From the IMG/VR virus record IMGVR_UViG_3300017751_000009: DNA of 64,000 nucleotides; one strand, written 5' to 3'. The DNA comes from an uncultured virus (IMG/VR IMGVR_UViG_3300017751_000009) (Duplodnaviria; Heunggongvirae; Uroviricota; Caudoviricetes). The notes below the pieces were generated by a model. The model made no database searches, had not been told where the DNA came from, and saw only the letters and a program-made list of their open reading frames with translations. Positions 10,611 to 21,594 of the stretch are shown one piece after another (positions within the stretch are counted from its first letter, which is position 1; every line of letters starts with the position of its first letter). Both the position numbers and the translations under genes were made by a program.

Positions 10611-10822
10611 TGCCATCATTACGAATCGGCACATCGAATCAAGTAAAAGTTATTGCCAGCGGTGCCCTCGGCGGCGGCTCTGGCGGAAGATTAACTTTAC
10701 TTGCCGATGTTGATGCATCAAATCTACAGGATGGAAGCATTCTAGTTTACGAATCTTCTTCCAACTCGTTTATAACAACAAAAAATTTCCCTGCTGCCAT
10801 CATTGACGGAGGTGTCTTCTAA
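10610..10822 (+). CDS. Small fibre-associated protein
   Basis: LTLLADVDASNLQDGSILVY motif and C-terminal IDGGVF; start and stop overlap both neighbours. Confidence 0.7.
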   Translation: MPSLRIGTSNQVKVIASGALGGGSGGRLTLLADVDASNLQDGSILVYESSSNSFITTKNFPAAIIDGGVF

Positions 10823-13800
10823 TGTCCGCAACGATTCTCTTAAAAAGGACACTTGGGACTTCCCCACCAAACATTGCTCCCGTTGGTACTGGCGTATCGT
10901 TCGGTGAACTAGTATACGCATACGATACCAGTAATGTAGGTGCTGGTAAGTCATACAAGAAATTATATATTGGCAACCCTTCAGGTCCAACTGCAGCTCC
11001 TATTCCGATTGGTGGTGAATATTACACCAGCCTATTCCCAGAAAACCCAGCATCTTTCGGTACACCCGAAGCTTCAAAAGTTGTTATCCTAGACTCTTCT
11101 GGAAGAGTAGCTAGTTGGACAGTCGTAGATGACTTTTATACTTCTGGTGTTGGTACAGTTGCTGGCAACTTTAGTGTTGGCGGAAACCTTAATGTAACAG
11201 GAGACCTCGTTTATGATGAGGCTAATGCTAGAAACTGGAATGTATCTGGTATTGCAACTGCTGCCACATTAGATGTTGGTGCTGCTGGATTCTCTACCCT
11301 AGGTGTAACTGATTTCCGTGCAGTTGCGGGTGTTGTAACCACTCTTAGTGGTACAAGTGCTGACTACTACGAAGTAAATGTAGGACATGCACTTACTGCA
11401 AATAATGTAGAAATTACTGGGGTATCATCCTTCAGTAATATTACATTCTCCAATGATATTATTAGAGTTGGTCGTGATGCTGCTGTAGGTCTTAGCAGTG
11501 CTGACTCTTCAATCTTTATTGGTGACTTTGCTGGTGCTGGTATTGGACAAACTGTCCTTAACCGTCGCAATATTGCGATTGGTGCCAGTGCAATGCAATA
11601 TGCTGGTATTCTTTCCAGCAGTGACGAGTTAGAATCTAACATCGTCATGGGTAACTTTGCAGGCTATCGCTTGCAAGGTACTAAGAACTTGATGATTGGT
11701 GATAAGGTAGGTTTTGCCTTATCTTCTAGCGGCAACGATGAGAACATTGCTCTGGGTAACCAGTCGATGTATGGTGAGACTTTCCCTGTTGTTGATGGGG
11801 TATCTCTCAGCGTAAATGTTGGTGATCAAACTGCTGTTGCAAATTATGATCAGACAGAAGATGTAACCGAGACCAGTGGATCTGGTGTTGGACTCTTAGT
11901 TAGATTACAGACTGGTAATACTGGTCTTATTACTAACATCGAAATCATGGCCCCTGGCGATGGTTACGAAGTTGGTGATACATTCACCATGCCGTTTGGT
12001 TTCCAGACTCTTACAGGTAGCGTAACCAGCAGGAATGGTCGCTTCCTGAGTGGTGGTACAGGAACCAGACAGCAGCAAAGAAACATTGCTATTGGTCCTT
12101 ACACTCTCTTCAGTGTAGACGGTAGTAAGAACATTGCCATTGGTTACTCTGCTGGTAACGATACTCTTGGTAGTGGCAATGTCATCATCGGTTATGAGCG
12201 AAATGTTGCTATCGGAGATAGTGATAACCAGCTCGTAATTGGTAATCAAAATATTAATTGGATCGACGGTAACCAACTTGGTTATGTCGGTATCGGCACC
12301 ACACGACCCTTTGGGTTGTTGGATGTTGGTGGTGTAGTAATTGTTGATAAAGGCACTGGTAACACAGTAATCGCTGGCGTAACATCTGTTCCGCAAATCG
12401 ATGCTAATGATATCGGTGTTGAGGATATTAAAGTCACTGCTGGTTTAGCAACTGATTTTGCAATTACCAACGCTAAGATTCAGTCAGGTATTATTACCGA
12501 CACTGTTGGTACTGCAGCAACAATCACTAGAGTTGATTTTGTTGATGCTGATATTGAGGCAGCTAAGATTACTGCTGGTGTTGTTACCAGTATGGTCGGC
12601 ACCTATGCCACGATTACAACCTTTGATACTGAGATTGCTGATCTCAGAGATATTAAAGTAACCACAGGTTTAGTCACATCTCTGGTTGGCACCTATGCCA
12701 CGATCACAACCTTCGACTCTAATGAAGGTGATATCAACACCCTTAAAACTGTTGCTGGTGTTGTAACATCTATTGTTGGTTATGGTTTAACATACACTGT
12801 TGGCGATTTTGCTAATCTTGATGCACTTGATGCCAAGATTACTACAGGCATCATCACCTCACTGACAGGTACATATGTAACCTTCCAAGATGCTAACTTC
12901 CAAGACGATGTTCGTGTTGGTGGAGCTCTTACTGTTGTTGGTGATCTGACAGTCAACGGAACTACAAGTTTTGTTCAGAGTACGGTTGTTCAGATTACCG
13001 ACAAGAACATTGAACTTGGATTCAGTTCTACTGGTGGACATGCTGATGCTACAGCCGATAACGGCGGTATCATCCTTAAGGGAACAACTGACAAAGAATT
13101 CATATACGATCAGGCAAGAGAGGGTTGGGAATCTAACCTCAAATTTATTCCTAGTGCCGATGACACTCTGGATCTTGGTACTACTGATAGAGAGTGGAAA
13201 GACATTTATGTTGATGGCACAGCACATCTTGATGCTGCTGACATCCTCGATGCTAAGATCACTGCTGGTATTATTACTAGTCAGGTTGGTACTTATGCAA
13301 CTATCACAACGGTTGACATTGAGACTCTTGATGCCAAAGATGTAAACATCACTGGTCTTGCCGTTACTGATATTGTCGGCACTGCTGCAACAATCACAAC
13401 GATTGATGCAACAGAAGGTGATATCGTTAATGCCAAGATTACTGCCGGTATCATCACAAGCTTGGTTGGCACTGCTGCCACCATTGGTGATGTTGAGGTT
13501 ACTGGTGATCTCAGAGTTGGTGGAGCTACAACCTTTACTGGTAATGTAACCTTTAACGGTGGCACAATCGGTCTTGGTGACTCTACTACAGACAACATCA
13601 TCTTTACTGGTGAAGTTGACTCTGACATCGTTCCTGACGATGATGACACCTTCGATCTTGGTAGTGCTACTAAAGAGTGGCGAGATATCTACATCGACGG
13701 CGTTGCTCGTGTTGATGATCTGATTGTTGATTCGACAGTTGGTACATACGCGACAATTACAACTGTCGATATCGATGTACTCGATGCAAGACAGACAAAT

Positions 13801-16800
13801 ATTACTGGTTTAGCTGTTACCGATATTGTCGGTACTGCTGCTACTATTACGACGATTGACGCCACAGAAGGTGATATCGTTAACGCTAAGATCACTGCCG
13901 GTATCGTAACCTCTCTGGTTGGCACCTACGCTACGATCACCACGGTCGATATCGAGACCCTGGATGCAAGACAGACAAATATTACTGGATTAGCAGTCAC
14001 TGATATTGTTGGTACTGCCGCAACTATCACTACAGTTGACTTTGAAGTTGCGGACATTCTGAATGCAACTGTCTCGGTTGGTATTGCAACCTCTGCATTT
14101 GTTCAGGCAGGTTTCATTACCTCTCTGTATGACTCCACTGGTGTTGTTGGTCTGAACACTCAGCACATGCTGAGTACCAATCCAGATGGCACGATCACCT
14201 GGCGTGAACCTGCACAGATTGGTATTGCCACAATCAATGCTAAGCTTGATACATGGTATGTTTCTACTAACGGTGTTGACGACGGTGATGCATCTCGTGG
14301 ACGCACTGAAGAAAGGCCATACAGAACGATTGCATACGCTCTGTCTCAGATCTCCAACATTGGTACTAATGATATTCTTCTCATCGCTGCTGGTGTTTAT
14401 GAAGAGGTCTTTCCACTAACTGTTCCAGCTGGTTTGACAGTTAAGGGTGCTGGTCTCCGTGCTACCAAGATTTGTCCTACCGTTGCTACTAAGCAGAAAG
14501 ACTGCTTCTTGATGAATGACAGATCAGTCGTCGAAGATGTCACGATTGGTGATATGTTCTTTGACACTGCTGGCAATCAGGGTTATGCGTTTAAGTTTGC
14601 TCCTGGTATTGCGATTACAAGCAGATCTCCTTATGTTCAGCGCGTAACAGTATTCAACAAAGGTAGTAATACTTCTACTGCTGACCCATACGGTTATAAT
14701 TCTGCAGATTCTGCACCTTCCTCATATAAAGCTGGTGGTGGTGCTTACATTGATGGTTCTGAAGCAGCTGTTGGATCACTTGAGGCAGCATTCCTGTTCA
14801 ATGAAGTTACTTTCATTGTACCGAACAGTAAAGGTCTGATCATGACCAACGGTGCTCGTTCTGAGTACCTGAACTGCTTCTCATACTTCGCTGCTGAAGG
14901 TATTAAGGGCATATCTGGATCTGTTGGTTTATCTTCTGCTGGTGAAACTAGACTGAGACTGACGGGTATTACAACTGTTGGTGTTGGTAATACAATTACC
15001 GTTTTTGATACTGACGGAACAACTGGTATTGCAACTGCTATTGTTGCTGATTACGACGGAACATATCTTAATGTAACTGGCAAGCAAACTGGTTTTGAAA
15101 TTCTCGGAGCTAGAACTGCTAAAGCTATTACATTTAATGATGGTGCTCAACTAGACACTACAGTCAAGAAATTTGGTACTGCATCTTTAGCACTTGACGG
15201 AACAAATGATTCTATCAGTGCTCCTTCTAGCGGCGATCTTGGTTTTGGCACCAATACAGATTTCACAATTGAATTCTGGGCGTATTCAAATACAACTGGT
15301 CTGACTAGCGCAACTCTCTTTGATTTAAGAGATAATGGCACAGATGCTGAAGGTATTAGTCTTGCGTATCGGGCAGCTGGTGAAGTTGATATGCGGGTTG
15401 GTACTACCACCGCTATTACTGGATCTGGCGCAGGCATCGCTACAGGAGTCTGGAAGCACTATGCACTTGCTAGAGACGGTACAGACACCAGATTGTTTGT
15501 TGATGGTACTCAGAGAGGCATTAAGACTTCTGACACCACCAACTATGGCGCATCTAAAGGTATCGTAATTGGTGCCGACTTCGACGGTGCAAGTCAAAAT
15601 GTTACTGGTTGGATCGACGATTTCAGAATTGAAAGAGGAGTTGCCAAATATACTGCCAACTTTACTGCCCCTACTGCTGCACACACTGGTGACAAGGACA
15701 CTGTTCTTTTACTTGACTTTGATGGTGCTAGTGGAGTAACTACAACCACTGATAATGTAATCCGCAATCAAGATATTCGTATCACTCAAGCGGGTGGTGG
15801 TATCGGGACTGCAACCAAGGTTATCCTTGCTGATTACAGTCAGTTTGGTGCAGACATGCGCTCCGTTGGTTGTGCTATTGAGTATGGTCAGAAGGGTGTC
15901 ATTGCTGATGGCGATGGCGTATCTCTGAGACTGTTTGCTCTCAACTTCAATCATGTTGGTGCTGGTGGTGACTTCTCTAACGATCCTAACTTAGCAATTC
16001 AAGCTAATGAAGTTACCGAAATTAATAACGGTGATGTATCATTCGTCAGTATTGACCAGAGAGGAGACTTCAGAGTTGGAGATGCATTCTTCGTTGATCA
16101 AGAAAACGGTACAGTATCGTTCTCGCAACAAGTAACTAGCCTCCAAGCACTTTCTTCACTTCAGATTACTGACGGAACTAACAGCAGCACTGTTACTCCT
16201 ACAAGTGGTACATTCGGTAACATCCAGATTGCTGGAAATAATATTGAATCTACATCTGGTGATATTAATATTGATCCAGCTGGTGCAGGTTCAATCAACA
16301 TCACTGGTGATGTCAATGTCCTGGGTATCCTGACTGCGACAACTATCCAACTTGACTCTTTCCAGAAGAACGATACTTCTATCGCTCTGGATGACTCAGG
16401 TGCTAACGGCACTATCAGATTCAATACTGATAATGTTGAGGGCATGCGCCTTGACGCTAATCAGAAGCTGGGTATCGGCACTGCTGCACCTAGACAGAGA
16501 CTTGATGTCCTCGACACTGCTAAGTTTGAGAGACTCGATGTAACTGGCGTATCTACATTTGCTGAGAGAGTTGACTTCAATCTTAGTATCGACGCAGTTG
16601 ACGCTAAGATCACTGCTGGTGTTGTAACTTCACTGGTCGGTACTTACGCAACCATCACTACGGTTGACATTGAGACATTAGATGCTAAAGATGTCAACAT
16701 TACTGGTCTTGCTGTAACAGATACTGTCGGTACTGCTGCAACGATTACCACAATTGATACTGAAGCTCTTGATGCATTTGATGCAAAACTTACTGGTATT

Positions 16801-17604
16801 GCTGTCACAAACGCAGTATTCACTGGAATTGTTTCCTTCAAGGATGATGTAAAGGCACACTTCGGTGATAATGATGATCTCTCCATCTATCATGATGGCG
16901 ACAATTCATACATTGATGATTCTGGAACTGGCACCCTTGCAATCCGTTCTAATCAGGTAGAACTTCAGAAGTACACTGGCGAAACTCTTGCCAACTTTAC
17001 TGCTGATGGTGCTGTTACTCTATACTATAACAACGGCATTAAGATCGAGACACTAGCAATTGGTGCTAGTATTCGTGGCGTAACTCAGACTGGAACAATC
17101 GATGTTGCTACTAATGCAAACATCCACTCCACTCTGACAGTAGATCAAGGAACAATTCTTACAGGAATTGTAACCAGCTCTGCTGGTATTGAAGCAATCA
17201 ACATCAATGTCTCTGGCATTCTCACCACTAACAACTTTAGAGTTACTGGTGTAACAACGATCTCTGATGTCACAATTGGTGCTGGTTCTTCCTCAACCAA
17301 AATAAATACCAATACTGGAGAACTTGTTCTTGATTCTGCTGCTGGTCAGGTAACTGTCCAAGATAATCTAAGCATAATCGGTTACGGTACATTCCGCGAC
17401 GGTCTCTATTACAGATCAGATCAAGGTGGATTAACTGGTATTGGATATAGCGGACCTAACGGTGTTGCGTTCTTTGAAGCAGATGGAAGACTGGTTAGTG
17501 GTCTTAGCACTGTAGGATTCTTAACAACCTCCAATTACATGCTAACCACAGATGAGAATAACATTCCAATTTGGTCTAACAGTGTTGATGGAGGTACATT
17601 CTGA
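10822..17604 (+). CDS. Long tail fibre / adhesin (2260 aa)
   Basis: Fibre-type N-terminus (ILLKR...GELVYAYD...KLYIG), NIAIG-type beta-roll repeats, about 30-aa shaft repeats, a beta-helix start (WYVSTNGVDD...PYRTIAYAL...IAAGVYEE) and a LamG/ConA-like domain (FTIEFW...WKHYALAR...LFVDG...GWIDDFRI). Confidence 0.8.
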   Translation: MSATILLKRTLGTSPPNIAPVGTGVSFGELVYAYDTSNVGAGKSYKKLYIGNPSGPTAAPIPIGGEYYTSLFPENPASFGTPEASKVVILDSSGRVASWTVVDDFYTSGVGTVAGNFSVGGNLNVTGDLVYDEANARNWNVSGIATAATLDVGAAGFSTLGVTDFRAVAGVVTTLSGTSADYYEVNVGHALTANNVEITGVSSFSNITFSNDIIRVGRDAAVGLSSADSSIFIGDFAGAGIGQTVLNRRNIAIGASAMQYAGILSSSDELESNIVMGNFAGYRLQGTKNLMIGDKVGFALSSSGNDENIALGNQSMYGETFPVVDGVSLSVNVGDQTAVANYDQTEDVTETSGSGVGLLVRLQTGNTGLITNIEIMAPGDGYEVGDTFTMPFGFQTLTGSVTSRNGRFLSGGTGTRQQQRNIAIGPYTLFSVDGSKNIAIGYSAGNDTLGSGNVIIGYERNVAIGDSDNQLVIGNQNINWIDGNQLGYVGIGTTRPFGLLDVGGVVIVDKGTGNTVIAGVTSVPQIDANDIGVEDIKVTAGLATDFAITNAKIQSGIITDTVGTAATITRVDFVDADIEAAKITAGVVTSMVGTYATITTFDTEIADLRDIKVTTGLVTSLVGTYATITTFDSNEGDINTLKTVAGVVTSIVGYGLTYTVGDFANLDALDAKITTGIITSLTGTYVTFQDANFQDDVRVGGALTVVGDLTVNGTTSFVQSTVVQITDKNIELGFSSTGGHADATADNGGIILKGTTDKEFIYDQAREGWESNLKFIPSADDTLDLGTTDREWKDIYVDGTAHLDAADILDAKITAGIITSQVGTYATITTVDIETLDAKDVNITGLAVTDIVGTAATITTIDATEGDIVNAKITAGIITSLVGTAATIGDVEVTGDLRVGGATTFTGNVTFNGGTIGLGDSTTDNIIFTGEVDSDIVPDDDDTFDLGSATKEWRDIYIDGVARVDDLIVDSTVGTYATITTVDIDVLDARQTNITGLAVTDIVGTAATITTIDATEGDIVNAKITAGIVTSLVGTYATITTVDIETLDARQTNITGLAVTDIVGTAATITTVDFEVADILNATVSVGIATSAFVQAGFITSLYDSTGVVGLNTQHMLSTNPDGTITWREPAQIGIATINAKLDTWYVSTNGVDDGDASRGRTEERPYRTIAYALSQISNIGTNDILLIAAGVYEEVFPLTVPAGLTVKGAGLRATKICPTVATKQKDCFLMNDRSVVEDVTIGDMFFDTAGNQGYAFKFAPGIAITSRSPYVQRVTVFNKGSNTSTADPYGYNSADSAPSSYKAGGGAYIDGSEAAVGSLEAAFLFNEVTFIVPNSKGLIMTNGARSEYLNCFSYFAAEGIKGISGSVGLSSAGETRLRLTGITTVGVGNTITVFDTDGTTGIATAIVADYDGTYLNVTGKQTGFEILGARTAKAITFNDGAQLDTTVKKFGTASLALDGTNDSISAPSSGDLGFGTNTDFTIEFWAYSNTTGLTSATLFDLRDNGTDAEGISLAYRAAGEVDMRVGTTTAITGSGAGIATGVWKHYALARDGTDTRLFVDGTQRGIKTSDTTNYGASKGIVIGADFDGASQNVTGWIDDFRIERGVAKYTANFTAPTAAHTGDKDTVLLLDFDGASGVTTTTDNVIRNQDIRITQAGGGIGTATKVILADYSQFGADMRSVGCAIEYGQKGVIADGDGVSLRLFALNFNHVGAGGDFSNDPNLAIQANEVTEINNGDVSFVSIDQRGDFRVGDAFFVDQENGTVSFSQQVTSLQALSSLQITDGTNSSTVTPTSGTFGNIQIAGNNIESTSGDINIDPAGAGSINITGDVNVLGILTATTIQLDSFQKNDTSIALDDSGANGTIRFNTDNVEGMRLDANQKLGIGTAAPRQRLDVLDTAKFERLDVTGVSTFAERVDFNLSIDAVDAKITAGVVTSLVGTYATITTVDIETLDAKDVNITGLAVTDTVGTAATITTIDTEALDAFDAKLTGIAVTNAVFTGIVSFKDDVKAHFGDNDDLSIYHDGDNSYIDDSGTGTLAIRSNQVELQKYTGETLANFTADGAVTLYYNNGIKIETLAIGASIRGVTQTGTIDVATNANIHSTLTVDQGTILTGIVTSSAGIEAININVSGILTTNNFRVTGVTTISDVTIGAGSSSTKINTNTGELVLDSAAGQVTVQDNLSIIGYGTFRDGLYYRSDQGGLTGIGYSGPNGVAFFEADGRLVSGLSTVGFLTTSNYMLTTDENNIPIWSNSVDGGTF
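12470..14045 (+). repeat. Intragenic shaft repeats (AKITAGxxTSLVGTYATITTVDIETLDA / NITGLAVTDIVGTAATITTID); another copy at about 16600-16790
   Basis: Visible in the translation; gatgcaagacagacaaatattactgg occurs at 13783 and 13963, 180 nt apart. Confidence 0.85.
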
Positions 17605-18425
17605 TGGCAAAACCAACCACTAGAGACGGACTAAAAGATTACGCTTTAAGGCAACTTGGATATCCCGTCTTAGAAATAAATGTAGCTGATGAGCAAGTAG
17701 ATGATGCATTAGATGATGCTCTGCAACTTTTTTATGAGCGTCACTTTGATGGCGTCGAAAGAGTTTATCTCAAATATAAGGTCTCAGAAGATGACATCAA
17801 AAGAGGCAGAGCAAGAGGTGCTGGCGAATCTCTTGGTATTACTACTTCTACTACAACATCTGGAGACTTTGAGGAAAACACAAATTATCTGAGTGTACCT
17901 GATTCGGTCCTTGGAGTTGAGAAAGTATTTTTGTTTGATTCTAGCTTTATCTCAAACAACATGTTTAGTTTTAAATATCAGTTGTTTTTAAATGATGTAG
18001 CTTTTAATTTGGGATATAGTGGTCTTCTCAGTTATGCGATGACTAAAACATATATTGAAGATATTGATTTCTTACTTTCAACAAACAAGCAGATTAGATA
18101 TAACAAAAGAAATAATCGTTTGTATCTCGATGTTGATTGGGGATCAGTATCAGAAGGTACATACATAATCATTGACTGCCAAAGAATTATGGACCCAGCA
18201 AATTATGCTGGCGTATACAATGATTCTTTTTTAAAGAAGTATTTTACTCAACTGGTTAAGAAACAGTGGGGTACAAACTTAACTAAATTCCAAGGAGTTA
18301 AACTCCCTGGAGGTATTGAATTAAATGGCAGACAAATTTACGAAGATGCTGTAATGGAATTGCAGCGTATTGAAGATAGAATGTTGTCTACCTACGAACT
18401 TCCACCCCTTGATTTGATTGGGTAA
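17604..18425 (+). CDS. gp13: Neck protein
   Basis: LKDYALRQLGYPVLEINV, ERHFDG, KKQWGTNLTKFQGVKLPGGIELNG. Confidence 0.95.
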   Translation: MAKPTTRDGLKDYALRQLGYPVLEINVADEQVDDALDDALQLFYERHFDGVERVYLKYKVSEDDIKRGRARGAGESLGITTSTTTSGDFEENTNYLSVPDSVLGVEKVFLFDSSFISNNMFSFKYQLFLNDVAFNLGYSGLLSYAMTKTYIEDIDFLLSTNKQIRYNKRNNRLYLDVDWGSVSEGTYIIIDCQRIMDPANYAGVYNDSFLKKYFTQLVKKQWGTNLTKFQGVKLPGGIELNGRQIYEDAVMELQRIEDRMLSTYELPPLDLIG

Positions 18426-19855
18426 TGGCACTAAATCCGTTTTTTCTTCAAGGATCTCCAAACGAGCAGAGCCTTGTTCAACAACTTATTGATGAACACT
18501 TAAAAATGTTCGGATTGGATTGTTATTACATTCCAAGAAAAATGATTATCACTGATGATGTGCTCGGAGAAGTTCAGTCATCTAAATTTAATGACGCATA
18601 TATTTTAGAAGCTTATCTCAATAACTATGAGGGATATGCAAAAGGTAGTGATATCATGTCCAAGTTTGGCATTAATCTTCAAAACGAAATTACTCTCACA
18701 GTTTCCAGAGAAAGATATGAAGATTTTATTGCTCCATTTGTTGTAACCCATAATGCCAAAAATGCTGGCACAGATATTATTTTTGGTGAGAGACCTAAAG
18801 AAGGAGATTTAATTTATTTCCCTTTGGGAGAAAGAATATTTGAAATTAAACATGTAGAATTTGAAAACCCATTCTATCAACTAGGCAAAAATTATATCTA
18901 CGAACTTCAATGCGAACTGTTTCGCTATGAAGATGAGTATGTTGATACCGGAATATCTAGTCTTGATGAGAGAGCGATGGAAGAAGGTGAGACCAGTACT
19001 GTCGTTTTGGCAGGCATTGGTTCAACAGCCATAGCGGTTGTTGATTCCTTCGCTAGTCAAGGAGCATTAGGACAAATTTTCCTGAACGATGATGGATACG
19101 GTTATACTAGCGCACCCAGTGTCACTATCGAACCCTCTCCTGCTGGTGTTACTTCATCTAGAGCAGGTGCCTTTGCATTCACAACCGAAAGGTCCGGTTT
19201 ATATTCTATTGATCAGGTAGTCCTACAAAACCCCGGATTTGCATATACAGAATCACCGGCATTTACATTTGGTGGTCCTGGTGTAGGTGCAGCTGCAACA
19301 GCATCTCTTACAAACAGCGGTATTACCTCAATCCGTATTACAGATCTTGGAACAAATTATGTAAGTCCACCGTTAATTAGTATTCAACATCCGGCAAATG
19401 TTGCTATCGGAACTACTGGTGCAACCGTTGGTAGTAAACCCGGTCAGGTACAAGCTACTGCTATCTCAATTTTAGACGGGGATAGTCTAAGTAGAATCTT
19501 CCTAACAAATGCTGGATCTGGGTACGAACAAGCTCCATTAATTACGATTGGAGATCCTCTTTCTCTTGGAGTTGGAACATATTTCTTCAACGAAAGAGTA
19601 GTCGGATCCGAGTCTGGAACTGAAGGATATGTGAGAGCATTTAATGTAACTGACCGAAAGTTAGAAATCTCAATAAATAATGGTGTGTTCTACCCTGGTG
19701 AGTTTATTACAGGAACTGCATCGTCTGCTAGATATCAAATTCTAAATCATACTGGAATTGATACTACAAGCACATTTACTTTCAATGACGAAATTGAAAG
19801 TGAAGCAGATGGTATCCTTGACTTCACTGAGCGTAATCCCTTTGGCAACTTCTGA
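18425..19855 (+). CDS. gp14: Neck protein
   Basis: MALNPFFLQGS, RPKEGDLIYFP, FEIKHVE..PFYQLGK, C-terminal LDFTERNPFG. Confidence 0.95.
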   Translation: MALNPFFLQGSPNEQSLVQQLIDEHLKMFGLDCYYIPRKMIITDDVLGEVQSSKFNDAYILEAYLNNYEGYAKGSDIMSKFGINLQNEITLTVSRERYEDFIAPFVVTHNAKNAGTDIIFGERPKEGDLIYFPLGERIFEIKHVEFENPFYQLGKNYIYELQCELFRYEDEYVDTGISSLDERAMEEGETSTVVLAGIGSTAIAVVDSFASQGALGQIFLNDDGYGYTSAPSVTIEPSPAGVTSSRAGAFAFTTERSGLYSIDQVVLQNPGFAYTESPAFTFGGPGVGAAATASLTNSGITSIRITDLGTNYVSPPLISIQHPANVAIGTTGATVGSKPGQVQATAISILDGDSLSRIFLTNAGSGYEQAPLITIGDPLSLGVGTYFFNERVVGSESGTEGYVRAFNVTDRKLEISINNGVFYPGEFITGTASSARYQILNHTGIDTTSTFTFNDEIESEADGILDFTERNPFGNF

Positions 19856-20655
19856 TGTTAGGCACTTATTTTTATCACGAAATTCTCCGCAAGACAGTTG
19901 TGTCTTTCGGAACATTATTTAACGACATTCACATTCAAAAAGAAGACAAAGGCGGAAATACTATTAGCGATATTAAAGTTCCTTTAGGATATGGTCCTAG
20001 GTCTAAATTTCTTGCTAAGTTACAGCAACAACAAGAGTTAGCAAAAGCAACTGCTATTACTCTACCCAGAATGTCTTTTGAGATGTCAAGTCTTTCTTAT
20101 GACCCGAGTAGGAAAACTTCCGTAACAAAGACATTTAAAGCTATTGATAATCAAGATCGGGTAAAGAAAGTATTTTTACCAGTTCCATATAATGTTGGGT
20201 TTGAACTGAATATTATGACAAAGTTGAATGACGATGCTTTACAAATTGTAGAGCAGATTCTTCCATTCTTCCAACCATCATTTAATATTACTGTAGACTT
20301 GATCAATTCAATTGGAGAAAAAAGAGATATCCCTATTATATTAGAAAATATTTCATTTACTGATGAGTATGAGGGGGATTTTTCTACAAGAAGAGTTCTG
20401 ATTTATACACTAAACTTTAGTGCTAAGACATATCTATTCGGTCCTATTGCAGAAAGTACAGACGGACTTATCAAGAAAGTACAATTGGATTACTACTCTG
20501 ATACTGATACACAAACTGCCAAGCGCGAGGTAAGGTATACTGTCACTCCTGATCCAATTGATGCGGATGCAGATGATGATTTTGGATTCAATGAGACTAC
20601 TACTTTCTTTGATGATGGTAAAGTATACAGTCCTACTAGACAAGAGGATGTATGA
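19855..20655 (+). CDS. gp15: Tail sheath stabilizer/completion protein
   Basis: YFYHEILRKTVVSFGTLFN, IKVPLGYGP, LPRMSFE, QIVEQILPFFQP. Confidence 0.95.
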   Translation: MLGTYFYHEILRKTVVSFGTLFNDIHIQKEDKGGNTISDIKVPLGYGPRSKFLAKLQQQQELAKATAITLPRMSFEMSSLSYDPSRKTSVTKTFKAIDNQDRVKKVFLPVPYNVGFELNIMTKLNDDALQIVEQILPFFQPSFNITVDLINSIGEKRDIPIILENISFTDEYEGDFSTRRVLIYTLNFSAKTYLFGPIAESTDGLIKKVQLDYYSDTDTQTAKREVRYTVTPDPIDADADDDFGFNETTTFFDDGKVYSPTRQEDV

Positions 20656-21059
20656 ATAATTTTAGCGAGATAGATGCATCATTAAATACAACTAGTGAAA
20701 CTATTGATGTAACTCCTAGTAAAAAGGAGAAACCAGATCGTTTAACAAAAAGCGATACTGATAAAGATTATGACTACACCAGAGCAAACTTATACTCTTT
20801 GATAGAAAAGGGTCAAGAAGCATTGAATGGTATTATGGAGCTTGCTGAAGAAACTCAGTCTCCTAGGGCATATGAGGTTGCAGGGCAATTACTCAAAAAT
20901 GTGGCAGATAATACTGACAAATTAATGAAGCTTCAGAAAGATATTAAGGAAGTAAAAGAAGAAGTAAAGGGTACAACCAATGTCACAAACAATGCTATGT
21001 TTGTAGGTAGTACTGCGGAACTACAAAAAATGTTAAAAGAAATGAATAAAAGCAAGTGA
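20652..21059 (+). CDS. gp16: Terminase small subunit
   Basis: DYDYTRANLYSLIEKG, SPRAYEVAGQL, NNAMFVGSTAELQKML. Confidence 0.95.
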   Translation: MNNFSEIDASLNTTSETIDVTPSKKEKPDRLTKSDTDKDYDYTRANLYSLIEKGQEALNGIMELAEETQSPRAYEVAGQLLKNVADNTDKLMKLQKDIKEVKEEVKGTTNVTNNAMFVGSTAELQKMLKEMNKSK

Positions 21060-21262
21060 GAGGATTAGATCCTGACGAGTGGTATTGCAGTGTCAATATT
21101 GGTATTGATGAAGTTCGTATGATGTATAATCATTTAGATTACTCTATAAAGATGTGGCCAGGATCTCCTGCCAGACCGATAGAGGAGCAAGAATTTCTTT
21201 GGGAAATGAAAGAAAAATATTTTGCTATGCTAATGGAATATAACTTTTCTGAAAATAAATAA
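21056..21262 (+). CDS. Hypothetical protein
   Basis: GTG start overlapping the gp16 stop; WPGSPARPIEEQ motif typical of small cyanophage ORFs. Confidence 0.65.
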   Translation: MRGLDPDEWYCSVNIGIDEVRMMYNHLDYSIKMWPGSPARPIEEQEFLWEMKEKYFAMLMEYNFSENK

Positions 21263-21282
21263 AAGAGCCTAACTCTTTACTT

Positions 21283-21567
21283 ATGGAAACCCCAAAGAAA
21301 GAGGAAGCCAAAAAGGAAAACAAATTTGAGTGGGCGGATGAGGGTGTATCAACTCTCGTCCGAGTTATTATTCTTGGATGGTCAGCAGCAATTCTGACTC
21401 TTAATTATGTAACTGTTCCTGGTGTTCCTCAGAAAAATATCGATCCGACTTTTATCGCCAGCGTCTTCACAGGAACGCTAGCGACTTTCGGTGTCATGCC
21501 TTCTAAGAAGAAGGAAGAATCAAAACAAGCACCTACATTGGATAAGACAGAGGATAAACCTAAATAA
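21283..21567 (+). CDS. Small two-TM membrane protein
   Basis: Two hydrophobic segments (LVRVIILGWSAAILTLNYV; TFIASVFTGTLATFGV); ATAAATA late core at 21255-21261. Confidence 0.75.
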   Translation: METPKKEEAKKENKFEWADEGVSTLVRVIILGWSAAILTLNYVTVPGVPQKNIDPTFIASVFTGTLATFGVMPSKKKEESKQAPTLDKTEDKPK

Positions 21568-21594
21568 TAGAATCATGGTTCTATAGTTTTAGGC

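Noticed and set aside
12470..16790. Fibre repeats as a CRISPR array or DGR template/variable repeats
   Set aside because: They are in-frame coding repeats diverging mainly at synonymous sites, with no unique spacers, no obvious adenine-specific pattern and no reverse transcriptase in the window.
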